DNA of 21,571 nt from Chthonomonadales bacterium (GTDB lineage Bacteria; Armatimonadota; Chthonomonadetes; Chthonomonadales; Chthonomonadaceae): positions 1 to 21,571 of the forward strand of contig JBBQPO010000076.1 of assembly GCA_038217285.1 (NCBI GenBank). Reading direction: 5' to 3'. A program made the position numbers and the translations under genes. Under the pieces are notes generated by a model. That model was not told the DNA's origin and searched no databases. It saw only the letters and a program-made list of their open reading frames with translations. This document shows, piece after piece, positions 1 through 8,464 of the stretch (position 1 is the first letter of the stretch; the number at the start of each line of letters is the position of its first letter).

Positions 1-15
1 GTGATTGTCGGACAT
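1..15 (-). CDS. 5' end of a gene running off the left edge (MSDNH...), possibly an IS transposase
   Basis: Minus strand reads AAAGGAGACACC-ATG TCC GAC AAT CAC: a strong Shine-Dalgarno followed by ATG at 15. Only 5 codons are visible, so the product cannot be assigned. Confidence 0.5.
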
Positions 16-286
16 GGTGTCTCCTTTTTCTTTTGTCGGAACAAAGAGTACCATTTTCGACGGTCACCGCATCATTTTACCGGCCTAAAACCCGGTTTAA
101 GTGGACAAACTCACGCAGACATTAAAGGGTAGGGTACTGAATCATACGCAGGAGTTTTAACTATGTCAAGTCGTTTTTATAAATTCACCTGGTTTCTTTC
201 GGTTTGCCGTTTTTGTCGCACATCTGCATAGTTCGCCCGGTCGGTGTGAAGCACATTGCATAGGTGATTCCGGGCTGACAGCCATT

Positions 287-448
287 TGAAACGCCCTACA
301 CATACATCTCGGTGATCGCCACTTTGAGGGCTCGCTCGCTCCGTAGTCCCTTCTCCAGGTTGCTGCGACAGAAGTCCCCGTTGTCGGACCTGTGGCAACG
401 ACACTTGCAAGGTGCCAACACTACTGGTGATGGTTTTGGCCGTCAGGC
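287..448 (-). pseudogene. IS256-family (Mutator-like DDE) transposase internal fragment
   Basis: Minus strand reads GLTAKTITSSVGTLQVSLPQVR, then after a 1-nt frameshift near 383 NGDFCRSNLEKGLRSERALKVAITEMYV*GVS. This matches the IS256 segment 'KTLKTRVG..L.VPQVR..FYPS.LEKG.RSERALK.A.AEMYVQGVS', with the Gln codon mutated to TAG (296-298). Confidence 0.85.
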
Positions 449-550
449 CTTTTTGCGAATGTATTGATAGAGCAGATGTAGTATAATCAAACAATACGAA
501 CTTAGGTTCGTGTTGTTTGGGCCATAGCGTGTTGGAGAGCAAAGGAACCT

Positions 551-868
551 ATGATGGCAACTACAACTGTACAAAAAACAATCCATGAGGCCGCAAAAGA
601 TCTCGCTAAACATCATTTCGAATCAGATTCGGATATCGAAAGGATCTACTTGTTTCCTCATGACAGCGAGATAAGATTGGCGGTTGTCGACCCGGCCACA
701 GCACCGAGTAAGGTTCTATCACCATTCTATTTCGTAGCGTCTCCAGACGATGATCTACCATATGCCTCTGCTCTCGCTCTTATTCTGCCAAGAGAGGAAC
801 GAAGGATCAAATTACCGCGCGGTTGGGACTGGTCCACGGCAGAGGTCATCCCGCGGGCGGAAAATTAA
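551..868 (+). CDS. Small protein with a degenerate minimal-nucleotidyltransferase (MNT)-like pattern; putative antitoxin
   Basis: 105-aa ORF with AAGGA RBS. IERIYLFPHDSEIRLAVVD resembles the MNT pattern 'IYLFGS..RG....DSDIDLLVV' without the GS loop. Ends 2 nt before a HEPN-like gene; low GC. Confidence 0.6.
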   Translation: MMATTTVQKTIHEAAKDLAKHHFESDSDIERIYLFPHDSEIRLAVVDPATAPSKVLSPFYFVASPDDDLPYASALALILPREERRIKLPRGWDWSTAEVIPRAEN

Positions 869-870
869 GC

Positions 871-1377
871 ATGCTTGACACCTGGCGATCTGCCTACTTC
901 AAACAGGCTCATGCAGATTATGAACTATTTCTTCTGCTTGAAAATACCAAAAATATACATGTGTGTCATCGTCTCCATTACCTTCAGATGGTGACAGAGA
1001 AGCTTGGCAAGGGGTTTCTGACGGAACCGGGAGGAATGGAACAAAGACATAGCCACCAGGCTTTTGTTCGCTTTATGAGAACTGCAAAAGCGCGCGACGA
1101 AATCAAAAAAGCCTATGGTAACATGCCGACACACAATTTTCGGAAACTTATCGATGGTTTACTTCCTCTCGCTGATAAGATCGAGAATCTTGCACCGAAC
1201 TTAGCAAATGGGGTAAATCCGGAGTACCCATGGCAAATACACGGGCGAATTACTGCTCCCGCCGATTTCGGTTTTCCTGATATAGACTTAACCGCGAAAA
1301 ACTTGTCTCTCAAGAAGCTGCTGACTTTTATTCAAATTTGCTTTGACATAGCAAACCGCGAGTTGGCCGACGTCTAG
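871..1377 (+). CDS. HEPN-like helical protein; putative toxin
   Basis: ATG at 871 right after the upstream TAA. Motifs YFKQAHADY, HYLQMVTEKLGK, RHSH and NPEYPW parallel the HEPN pattern 'WL.QA..DL / FHAQQA.EKALK / THDL / RYP'. Confidence 0.65.
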   Translation: MLDTWRSAYFKQAHADYELFLLLENTKNIHVCHRLHYLQMVTEKLGKGFLTEPGGMEQRHSHQAFVRFMRTAKARDEIKKAYGNMPTHNFRKLIDGLLPLADKIENLAPNLANGVNPEYPWQIHGRITAPADFGFPDIDLTAKNLSLKKLLTFIQICFDIANRELADV

Positions 1378-1426
1378 AATGGCGTAGTAAACCCCATACT
1401 TCCCTACCAAGGATAAAAGAAACTCA

Positions 1427-2362
1427 ATGAAGATTCGACCCATACTATTCGGAGCGACACTGGCACTGGCCGCCGTCGCACTGCCTATCACGCTGCTGAC
1501 GGCGCATAAGGCGCAGGCCGCACGCTCGCATAAGAGTAAAAAGCATCTGCTCGTCGTCACCGTGACAAAGGGCTTTCGGCATGGCAGCATTCCCGTCGCG
1601 GAGGAGACGATCCAGAAACTCGGCGACAGCACCGGGGACTGGGACACCGATTTTGTCCGTACCGACGAAGAGATGAAGGCGAAAATGACGCCGGACGCGC
1701 TCAAGAATTATGGGGCGGTGGTTTTCGCGAACACGACCGGCGTTTTGCCACTCCCCGATCCACAAGGCTTTCTCGACTATATAAAGGCGGGGCACGGTTT
1801 CGTCGCCATACACTCCGGCAGCGACACCTTTCACGAATGGCCCGGCCAGAAGCCCGGAGAGATTTCGGCCTATATCGATATGCTGGGCGGCGAGTTCCTG
1901 ACCCACCATGCGCAGTCAGCCATCGACTGCCATCTCGAAGACACACGGAGCCCGGCGACCCTCCCGCTGGTGAAAGCCGCCAAAGGCGTGGCCGCAGATA
2001 CGCAGAAGGATCTGCACAAAGAGACCCTTCCCGTCACCGAAGCGAATCACCACACCACCTGGAAGGCGTTCGACGAGATCTATCTGCTCAAAAATAACGA
2101 CCGCTCGAAAGTCCATGTCCTGCTCTCGCTGGACAAGTACCCGAACGACGGCAGCCCCGAGGCCAACCAGCCCGGAGATCACCTCATCTCCTGGGTGAAG
2201 TCCTACGGCAAGGGCCGTGTCTTCTATACGGAGCTTGGACACCGGGACGAGATGTGGCGTGATCCGAACTATCAGGCGCACATCACGGGCGGCATCCGCT
2301 TCGCGCTCGGTCTGGCCAGCGGCTCGACCAAACTTAGCGCGCCACTACAGGCCGCTCCGTAG
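1427..2362 (+). CDS. Exported ThuA (trehalose utilisation)-like domain protein
   Basis: N-terminal signal peptide; motifs TKGFRHGSI, VVFANTTG, GFVAIHSGSDT, DEIY, SWVKSYGKGRVFYTELGH typical of ThuA-domain proteins. Confidence 0.88.
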   Translation: MKIRPILFGATLALAAVALPITLLTAHKAQAARSHKSKKHLLVVTVTKGFRHGSIPVAEETIQKLGDSTGDWDTDFVRTDEEMKAKMTPDALKNYGAVVFANTTGVLPLPDPQGFLDYIKAGHGFVAIHSGSDTFHEWPGQKPGEISAYIDMLGGEFLTHHAQSAIDCHLEDTRSPATLPLVKAAKGVAADTQKDLHKETLPVTEANHHTTWKAFDEIYLLKNNDRSKVHVLLSLDKYPNDGSPEANQPGDHLISWVKSYGKGRVFYTELGHRDEMWRDPNYQAHITGGIRFALGLASGSTKLSAPLQAAP

Positions 2363-2388
2363 GAGACTAGGGTCAGGAGGGTCCGGCG

Positions 2389-2958
2389 ATGACGGTGTCT
2401 CAAAAACAGTGTCCACGCTGCGGCACCGTGGCTCCTCTGGATGCCACGTTCTGCGGGCAGTGCGGAAGACAGTATCGTACCCAGTTTGGGCCGCAGGGGG
2501 ACGGAGGACACAGTGTCCCCTCTGCGCCGCAGGGGGCGGCTCTGCCTGCTTTTGCGCCGCGACCGCTGTCTGTCTGGATGTTGCGGGCCGCTCAAGGCGG
2601 AATCGCGGCGTTGGTCTGCATGGGGGTGCTGTTCTTTTCGGGAGTGTTTCGACACGATGGCAAGAGCAGCGCGCCTGTCGTGACGTCGGCTCCGGCCTCA
2701 CCGCACAGCGTCGATCCCCCTGCGGGACTGAATGAGGAAGCACGCAAAGCCCTGAGCGAGGATCCCCTCGAAGCCCAGGCGCGCCGGGTCGTGGATCGGG
2801 AAAGCCAGAAACTGAGTCTGCCCCCTCCCGTAAACGCGGATGGCAAGATCCATCTGCGCAGCGGCGGCACGATCTCACGGGAGGAGTGGGACGCGGCCAG
2901 CCGTAAAGCGCAACAGAGTCCTCTCCTACGTGAACCGCCGAAACCGCCGCCACTCTAA
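2389..2958 (+). CDS. Zinc-ribbon membrane protein
   Basis: N-terminal CPRCG-x8-FCGQCG zinc ribbon, one hydrophobic helix (GGIAALVCMGVLFFSGVF), Pro-rich tail; AGGAGG RBS. Confidence 0.75.
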   Translation: MTVSQKQCPRCGTVAPLDATFCGQCGRQYRTQFGPQGDGGHSVPSAPQGAALPAFAPRPLSVWMLRAAQGGIAALVCMGVLFFSGVFRHDGKSSAPVVTSAPASPHSVDPPAGLNEEARKALSEDPLEAQARRVVDRESQKLSLPPPVNADGKIHLRSGGTISREEWDAASRKAQQSPLLREPPKPPPL

Positions 2959-2967
2959 AGGGAACTA

Positions 2968-2996
2968 TTGCCCTCCCCTCTGGGTTTGGGTATACT
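2968..2996 (+). promoter_or_regulatory. Sigma70-type promoter for the phosphatase genes
   Basis: TTGCCC (2968-2973), 17-nt spacer, TATACT (2991-2996); GGAGG RBS before ATG 3021. Confidence 0.6.
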
Positions 2997-3020
2997 GTCG
3001 GGGAGGAGAGAACCGCCGCT

Positions 3021-3725
3021 ATGAATATGGAAGCCCCACCCTTGGATGCCGTGCCGACATCCCAGCCGACGCCGAAACGCCGCCACCGACGTTTATGGAT
3101 CGGGGCGGCGGCTATTCTGCTGTCGCTGATCGCTTTTCTATGGTATATCGGGGTGCTGGGCGGCAATGTACGGATCGTAGATTCCGGGCGCTTCTATCGG
3201 AGCAGCCAACTGACTGGGAACGGCTATGATGGCGTGAGTGCGCGCCTGGCAGGCAACTCGCTCGACGCGGTCTTGCAGCGCTACGGTATCCATACGGTCG
3301 TCTGTCTGCGCGGCGCCTCCAATAAAGACCGCTTCTATCGGGAAGAGACGGCCGTCTGCGCGAAGGATCATGTGGATCATGTTGATGTTCCTTTCAGCGC
3401 CATGCATCTCCCCTCTCCGGAGACCGTACAGAAACTCCTGGAGACCTTCGACCATGCCCAATATCCGGTGATCGTCCACTGTCAGGCCGGTTCGGATCGC
3501 ACGGGCCTCGCCTCCACCCTCTATGTCCACCTCTATCGGCATGTCCCTCTCGACGAAGCGCAGAACGAAGAGCTGACATGGCACTACGGCCATTTCCCCG
3601 TGCAGAAGACGCGCCGCATGGACACATTTTTCGACCTCTACCGCAAAACCGGGGACGGGATGGATCTTCGTACCTGGATCGATCAGAAGTATCCCCAGGT
3701 CTACGCCGCCTCCCCCGACAAGTGA
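3021..3725 (+). CDS. Membrane-anchored Cys-dependent (dual-specificity/tyrosine) phosphatase
   Basis: Catalytic P-loop VHCQAGSDRTG (CX5R), plus FYRSSQL and TVVCLRG motifs; basic stretch followed by a TM helix at the N-terminus. Confidence 0.88.
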   Translation: MNMEAPPLDAVPTSQPTPKRRHRRLWIGAAAILLSLIAFLWYIGVLGGNVRIVDSGRFYRSSQLTGNGYDGVSARLAGNSLDAVLQRYGIHTVVCLRGASNKDRFYREETAVCAKDHVDHVDVPFSAMHLPSPETVQKLLETFDHAQYPVIVHCQAGSDRTGLASTLYVHLYRHVPLDEAQNEELTWHYGHFPVQKTRRMDTFFDLYRKTGDGMDLRTWIDQKYPQVYAASPDK

Positions 3726-3803
3726 GAGAGCGAGCCAGGCCGTGTGAGTTCAGGTGACCGTGCGCGGAGAGAGCAACATCCATTCGGAGGTCTTAACCCA
3801 ACT

Positions 3804-6422
3804 ATGAAACGATCTTTCCACGTGCCCCGCTGGATCGCGCTTGGCGTCGCAGTTACCGGCGGCTGTGTCGGGCTGGCGGCGGCCTGGGGTGGACGACAGA
3901 ATGCAGAACGTCTGCCGCTCTCGACGGGCAAATTCCTGACGCCGCAGGGTACACAGACCGCAGTCGGCAGTTTTCCTGCGAACATGATCCTGAGCCCGGA
4001 TGGGAAGTGGGTCGTCGTCACCGATACCGGCGCGCGCGAGTTTCTCTCCGTACTGGATGCGACCAACGGGCAGTTGGTTTCGCAGATCGCACTTGACGGT
4101 GGTTCCGGTGGACAGAGGCCGGCGCTCTATGTCGGACTGGCGTTCGGGCCGACAGGTTCGGACGGCGCCCTTCTCCTCTACGCCTCTCGTGGTCCCGAAG
4201 ATAAAGTTGCGCTCTATACCCTTGGTGCGACCGGCAAACTGACGGACACCGGGCGCCGCCTGGACGATGCTTCCAGTCTGCCCGTCGAGGCCAAAGCGGC
4301 TCGTCCGAACTTCCTGGCCGGCCTCGCGGTCAGCGCAGATGGGCGGCGCTGTTATGCCGTCCACAACGAAACCAGCGCCTATACCGACTACAAAGGTTCG
4401 GTCAGTGTGATCGACACAGCGACCAACCGGGTACTGGGCAAAGTGACGACGCCCGCGTTTCCATACGCCATCGCCGCGCGAACGGAAGACAAAGGGGATA
4501 CGGTCTATGTCGCAAGCGAGCGCGACGGCGTGGTGTCGGTGCTGAACGTCGCGCAGTCGGACGCGCCTGCCCTTACCCAGGACATCAAGGTAGGCGATCA
4601 TCCAATGGCCCTTCTGCTCGATAAGGCGCAGCGCCGCCTGTTCGTCGCCAACGCCAGCAGCGACGATGTGTCGATCCTCGATACCGACACAAACCGGGTA
4701 ACGCGTACCCTGCCGCTCCGACCTGCGGGCGGCACCCCTCTCCCCGGCATGACCCCGACAGGTCTGGCGCTCAGCCCGGACGAGGCGCACCTCTATGTCA
4801 CGCTTGGGGACTGGAATGCCGTCGCGGTCGTCGATCTGAAGACCAACCGGGTCGCAGGCTATCTGCCCGTAGGCTGGTATCCGACCGCTGTCGTCGTCAG
4901 TTCGGACGGAAATCGCCTCTTCGTCTCCAATGCCAAAGGCGACCAGACACGCAATTCCAACCGACCTTATGGGAAGCGGGACACCTATATCGAGAATATC
5001 CTGGAGGGCACGGTCTCCCTGCTGCCCGTTCCCAAAGCGGAGAGTCTGAAGAGCGGAACCGCGCAGGTGCTCGCCAACAACCGCTTCTCTCCGGATGGCA
5101 AGATCGCGGACGACCCGGCGCGGACGGCGCTGACGCAGAGCGGCATCAAGCATGTCGTCTACATCATCAAAGAGAACCGTACTTACGATCAGGTGTTGGG
5201 CGATCTGCCGCAGGGCAACGGCGACGCGAGTCTGGTGCTGTTCGGGCGCGCCGTGACCCCGAACCTCCACGCGCTCGCCGAGCGGTTCGGCCTCTACGAT
5301 AATTTCTACGACTGCGCGGAAGTCTCCGCCGACGGCTGGAACTGGTCTACTTCCGGCATGACCAGCGAGTATACTGCTCGCAACGTGCATTTCAACTACA
5401 GCGGGCGCGGACGAGGCTACGATTTCGAGGGGGCGACCAATGGCAGTCCGGTCGATCTACTCGGGATGAAGGATGTGGCGGAAGCCCCCGGCGGCTATCT
5501 CTGGGATCAGTGCCGTAAACATGGGCGTTCGTACCGGACATACGGCTGCTTTACGGCCTTCGACGACCTGAAAGATCCAAAGGGCCATCTGCTGGCCCTC
5601 GCCAATACACCCCTGAAGAAGGCGTTGATCGGGCATAGCGACGACAACTTCCTGCGCTTCGACATGAACTATCCGGACAGTGAGGCGTGGCAGCAGCACA
5701 CCGCCATACCCGGTATGATGACAAAGTTCGGCAAATTCGACGCGCCAAGCCGCTATTCGGAGTGGAAACGGGAGTTCGATCAGTTTGTGAAGGAGGGCAA
5801 TCTGCCGCAGTTCGAGATGGTGCGGCTGCCGTGCGACCATACGGCCGGGACGAAGCCCGGATCGCGCTCGCCCCGCGCGATGGTCGCGGACAACGACTAC
5901 GCGGTGGGGCAGTTGGTGGAAGCGATCAGCCATAGTCCCTACTGGAAAGACACCGCCATTTTCGTGCTGGAGGACGATGCCCAGGATGGCCAGGACCATG
6001 TCGATGCTCACCGCTCGATCAACTTCGTCATCAGTTCGCATCTAATACGCGGCACGGTCGATCACCACTTCTACAACACCGACAGTGTGCTGCACACAAT
6101 GGAGGTGCTGCTTGGCCTGCCGCCCATGAACCAGTACGACGCGACGGCCCCGCTCTTCCCCGGTTTCGGCCCGACGCCGGTAAACGCCGAACATTATGCC
6201 GCCCTTCTGCCCACCCAATCGATCTTGGGAGAGATCAACACCGCGACCGCCTATCGCGCCCGCGACAGCCGCCTATTGGACTTTACACAGGCCGACCATG
6301 TGCCCGACGGACTTTTGAATGACATCCTCTGGCATAGTATCCAGGGCGTCAACACCCCGATGCCCGCCCCGCGCCACCTTTTCCGCGTTACCGCCCGCAC
6401 TCAGCGTCGCGATATCGATTAG
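3804..6422 (+). CDS. Secreted YVTN/YncE beta-propeller + phosphoesterase (alkaline phosphatase superfamily) protein
   Basis: Signal peptide from ATG 3804 (GGAGG upstream). YVTN-type repeats (VGDHPMALLLD...LFVANASSDDVSILD; PVGWYPTAV). Phosphoesterase motifs IKHVVYIIKENRTYDQVLGD, EVSADG, EDDAQDGQDHVDAHRS. Confidence 0.9.
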   Translation: MKRSFHVPRWIALGVAVTGGCVGLAAAWGGRQNAERLPLSTGKFLTPQGTQTAVGSFPANMILSPDGKWVVVTDTGAREFLSVLDATNGQLVSQIALDGGSGGQRPALYVGLAFGPTGSDGALLLYASRGPEDKVALYTLGATGKLTDTGRRLDDASSLPVEAKAARPNFLAGLAVSADGRRCYAVHNETSAYTDYKGSVSVIDTATNRVLGKVTTPAFPYAIAARTEDKGDTVYVASERDGVVSVLNVAQSDAPALTQDIKVGDHPMALLLDKAQRRLFVANASSDDVSILDTDTNRVTRTLPLRPAGGTPLPGMTPTGLALSPDEAHLYVTLGDWNAVAVVDLKTNRVAGYLPVGWYPTAVVVSSDGNRLFVSNAKGDQTRNSNRPYGKRDTYIENILEGTVSLLPVPKAESLKSGTAQVLANNRFSPDGKIADDPARTALTQSGIKHVVYIIKENRTYDQVLGDLPQGNGDASLVLFGRAVTPNLHALAERFGLYDNFYDCAEVSADGWNWSTSGMTSEYTARNVHFNYSGRGRGYDFEGATNGSPVDLLGMKDVAEAPGGYLWDQCRKHGRSYRTYGCFTAFDDLKDPKGHLLALANTPLKKALIGHSDDNFLRFDMNYPDSEAWQQHTAIPGMMTKFGKFDAPSRYSEWKREFDQFVKEGNLPQFEMVRLPCDHTAGTKPGSRSPRAMVADNDYAVGQLVEAISHSPYWKDTAIFVLEDDAQDGQDHVDAHRSINFVISSHLIRGTVDHHFYNTDSVLHTMEVLLGLPPMNQYDATAPLFPGFGPTPVNAEHYAALLPTQSILGEINTATAYRARDSRLLDFTQADHVPDGLLNDILWHSIQGVNTPMPAPRHLFRVTARTQRRDID

Positions 6423-6425
6423 GCC

Positions 6426-6503
6426 TTCGTCTGTAACGTGGGCGCTTCCATAGGCCGCTATTGCTAACCCGCCGATGAGGACGAACCGCACGTCATTTTG
6501 TAG
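6426..6503 (-). pseudogene. N-terminal fragment of a nucleotidyltransferase-like gene (AbiEii/DUF6036-type)
   Basis: Reads LQNDVRFVLIGGLAIAAYGSAHVTDE, matching the 'V.FVLIGG.A...HG..R.T.D.D' start of these nucleotidyltransferases. It is cut off by the 3' end of the convergent phosphoesterase gene. Confidence 0.6.
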
Positions 6504-6546
6504 CCGAAAAGGGACGTGCGGATCATTAATGCATACCAACCAACCC

Positions 6547-6599
6547 AGGCCGATGAATCGGCCTTACCGCATCAGGCCGCTCGTTTACGGGCGGTCTGA
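6547..6599. repeat. Two adjacent REP-like palindromes
   Basis: AGGCCGAT-GA-ATCGGCCT (6547-6564) and TCAGGCCGCTCG-TTTA-CGGGCGGTCTGA (6572-6599, two G-T pairs) in a convergent intergenic region. Confidence 0.5.
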
Positions 6600-6611
6600 G
6601 CAGTAGTATGG

Positions 6612-6645
6612 AAAAAGCCCCTCTGTCCGGCGAAGGAAGAGGGGC
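6612..6645 (-). terminator. Rho-independent terminator of the HEAT-repeat gene
   Basis: Minus strand GCCCCTCT...AGAGGGGC stem followed by TTTTT, about 45 nt after the stop at 6690. Confidence 0.75.
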
Positions 6646-6689
6646 CGACAGGCGTTTTGAAGTTCGGGCCATGGTGGCGAAGCATCGGT

Positions 6690-8309
6690 CTACGGCGCCT
6701 GGGGCTGACCGAGGCGGGCGAGTTGGGCCTGGGCAACGTAGGCCACATCGGGGTCGGGGCTTTTCGCGAGATCCTGCAGGGGCTTGCTCGCCTCGGCAAC
6801 GCCCATGTCGCCCAGGGCGACTGCGGCCCAGCGCTGACCGACGGGATGGGCGCTGTCGGCGGCGAGTTTTTTGAGGGCGTCCAGGGCAGGCATGCCCTGC
6901 TGCGCAACGGCCTGCGCGGCGTAAAAGGCGTCGGTGTGGCCGGTCTGCATGGCGCCGATGAGCGCATCGGTCGCCTCCGGGCCGATCTGCACCAGAGCAT
7001 CGCGCGCGACGTCGCGGACATCGCCGTCGCGGTCGCTCAGCGCGCCGATGAGGCCGGGAACGGCGGCGGTGTTGTGGGGATAGCCCAGAGCGGTCGCGGC
7101 GGCGACGCGCAGATCCGTTTCGTTGTTTTCGTTCTTGAGGGCGGCGATCAGCGCCGGGTCCGCTTCCGGCGCGGCGACGCGGGTGAGGGCGTTGGCAGCG
7201 CCGGTGCGAATGTTGTCGTTGGTGTTGGAAAGCGCTGCAATCAGCGCCTGGAGTGCCAGCGGCTGCGTTGGGCCGTTCAGGGTCGGGCGACCGGCATGGG
7301 CGAGCGCCGCGACCGCCGCCGAGCGCATTTTCAGGTCGGGATCGTTGAGGGAGGCGACCAGGGTCTTGATCGCAGCAGCCGAGGCGATCTTGCCCAGCCC
7401 GGACGCCGCCTGAAGCCGCGCCTCCGCATCGGCGTTTTTATCTTTGATCGCCTGAATCAGCGCCGCTTCGCCGGAAGGCGAGGCGATCAACGCGATGGAG
7501 CCGATAGCCACTCGCTGCACCGTCGGCGTATCCGTCTTCAACGTGTCGATCAGGGGCTGGACGGCTCTCGGGTCGCCGATCTTGCCCAGCGCCTCCGCCG
7601 CGCCACTGCGCGAGCCTTCGTCGTTTTTGAACTTCGTAGCGTCTTTCGGATCTTTCTCCGTCAGGATCGTCAGCAGCAGCGGAATGGCGATGTCAGCAAC
7701 GCCCTCTTTCAGAAAGCGCGGACTGCCCAGCACATCTCCTCCAGGACCGCGTGTGCCGGCGTCCCCTTTCATCTTATCGATTAGCGCCTCGACCACCGGC
7801 TTTTTCGGACCGATTCCGTCCGATTCGGTCATCACACGCGCCACGCCCTTGCGCACATTGCCGTCGCCATCCCCCACTCCGCCTATCAACGCGGTCAGGT
7901 TGCCTGTAGCGCTGTAGTCTATCTTTTTGAGAGCGGCGACGGCCGCTGCGCGCACTTTCTTATCGGTGTCTTTCAACAGGTTCAGGCCCTGCTTCACCGC
8001 CATCGAACGGTAGTCCGGCGCATCCTTCTCGGTGCCCATCACCACGCTGGTATCGTTCGCGAGAGAGAGAACGGCATCGACGGCATGCAGCCGAACGCTG
8101 GGATCTTCGCCCGTGATCGAGTCCGAAAACTGCTCGGTCTTGACCAGTTCCAGCGCCGCGTGGCTGCGCGTCGCGTTGTCTGCGCTTCCCATCGCGTCTA
8201 CCAGAGAACGCACGTAGCGACTGTGGTTGACAGCGATGCCGACGACCAGGAGAACGACGACCGCGAAAATCAGATAGTTCAGGTATCTCTTCAAGGACAG
8301 ACTCCACAT
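6690..8309 (-). CDS. Membrane-anchored HEAT (PBS lyase-like) repeat protein
   Basis: N-terminal TM (YLIFAVVVLLVVGIAV) and many repeats of the type R..AA.ALG.IG...AV..LI..L.D.D..VR. Confidence 0.88.
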   Translation of the reverse strand: MWSLSLKRYLNYLIFAVVVLLVVGIAVNHSRYVRSLVDAMGSADNATRSHAALELVKTEQFSDSITGEDPSVRLHAVDAVLSLANDTSVVMGTEKDAPDYRSMAVKQGLNLLKDTDKKVRAAAVAALKKIDYSATGNLTALIGGVGDGDGNVRKGVARVMTESDGIGPKKPVVEALIDKMKGDAGTRGPGGDVLGSPRFLKEGVADIAIPLLLTILTEKDPKDATKFKNDEGSRSGAAEALGKIGDPRAVQPLIDTLKTDTPTVQRVAIGSIALIASPSGEAALIQAIKDKNADAEARLQAASGLGKIASAAAIKTLVASLNDPDLKMRSAAVAALAHAGRPTLNGPTQPLALQALIAALSNTNDNIRTGAANALTRVAAPEADPALIAALKNENNETDLRVAAATALGYPHNTAAVPGLIGALSDRDGDVRDVARDALVQIGPEATDALIGAMQTGHTDAFYAAQAVAQQGMPALDALKKLAADSAHPVGQRWAAVALGDMGVAEASKPLQDLAKSPDPDVAYVAQAQLARLGQPQAP

Positions 8310-8403
8310 TGGGAAAGACTAAAATGGTGCATGGACAGGAGACGACGTCATCTCGAAAACGGTGCAGAAGAGGCGGCAACTGTCAACGACAGTCACCACT
8401 TGC

Positions 8404-8433
8404 AGTATAACATGCCAATCGGACCGTTGTCAA
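8404..8433 (-). promoter_or_regulatory. Sigma70 promoter upstream of the HEAT gene
   Basis: Minus strand TTGACA (8433-8428), 18-nt spacer, TATACT (8409-8404), with an extended -10 TG. Confidence 0.7.
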
Positions 8434-8464
8434 TGGCGGCTCCCCTCCTGCTGTTATCGTGCTT

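Noticed and set aside
177-542. 121-aa minus-strand ORF as a real gene
   Set aside because: It is a chimera: only about 22 residues are in the IS256 frame and the rest has no recognisable features.
823-870. Upstream TTG start for the HEPN-like gene
   Set aside because: It overlaps the preceding gene; ATG 871 directly after its stop is more plausible.
3750-7784. Long antisense ORFs (3750-5390 -, 5457-6041 -, 6657-7784 +)
   Set aside because: Shadow frames of GC-rich genes that have clear motifs on the opposite strand.
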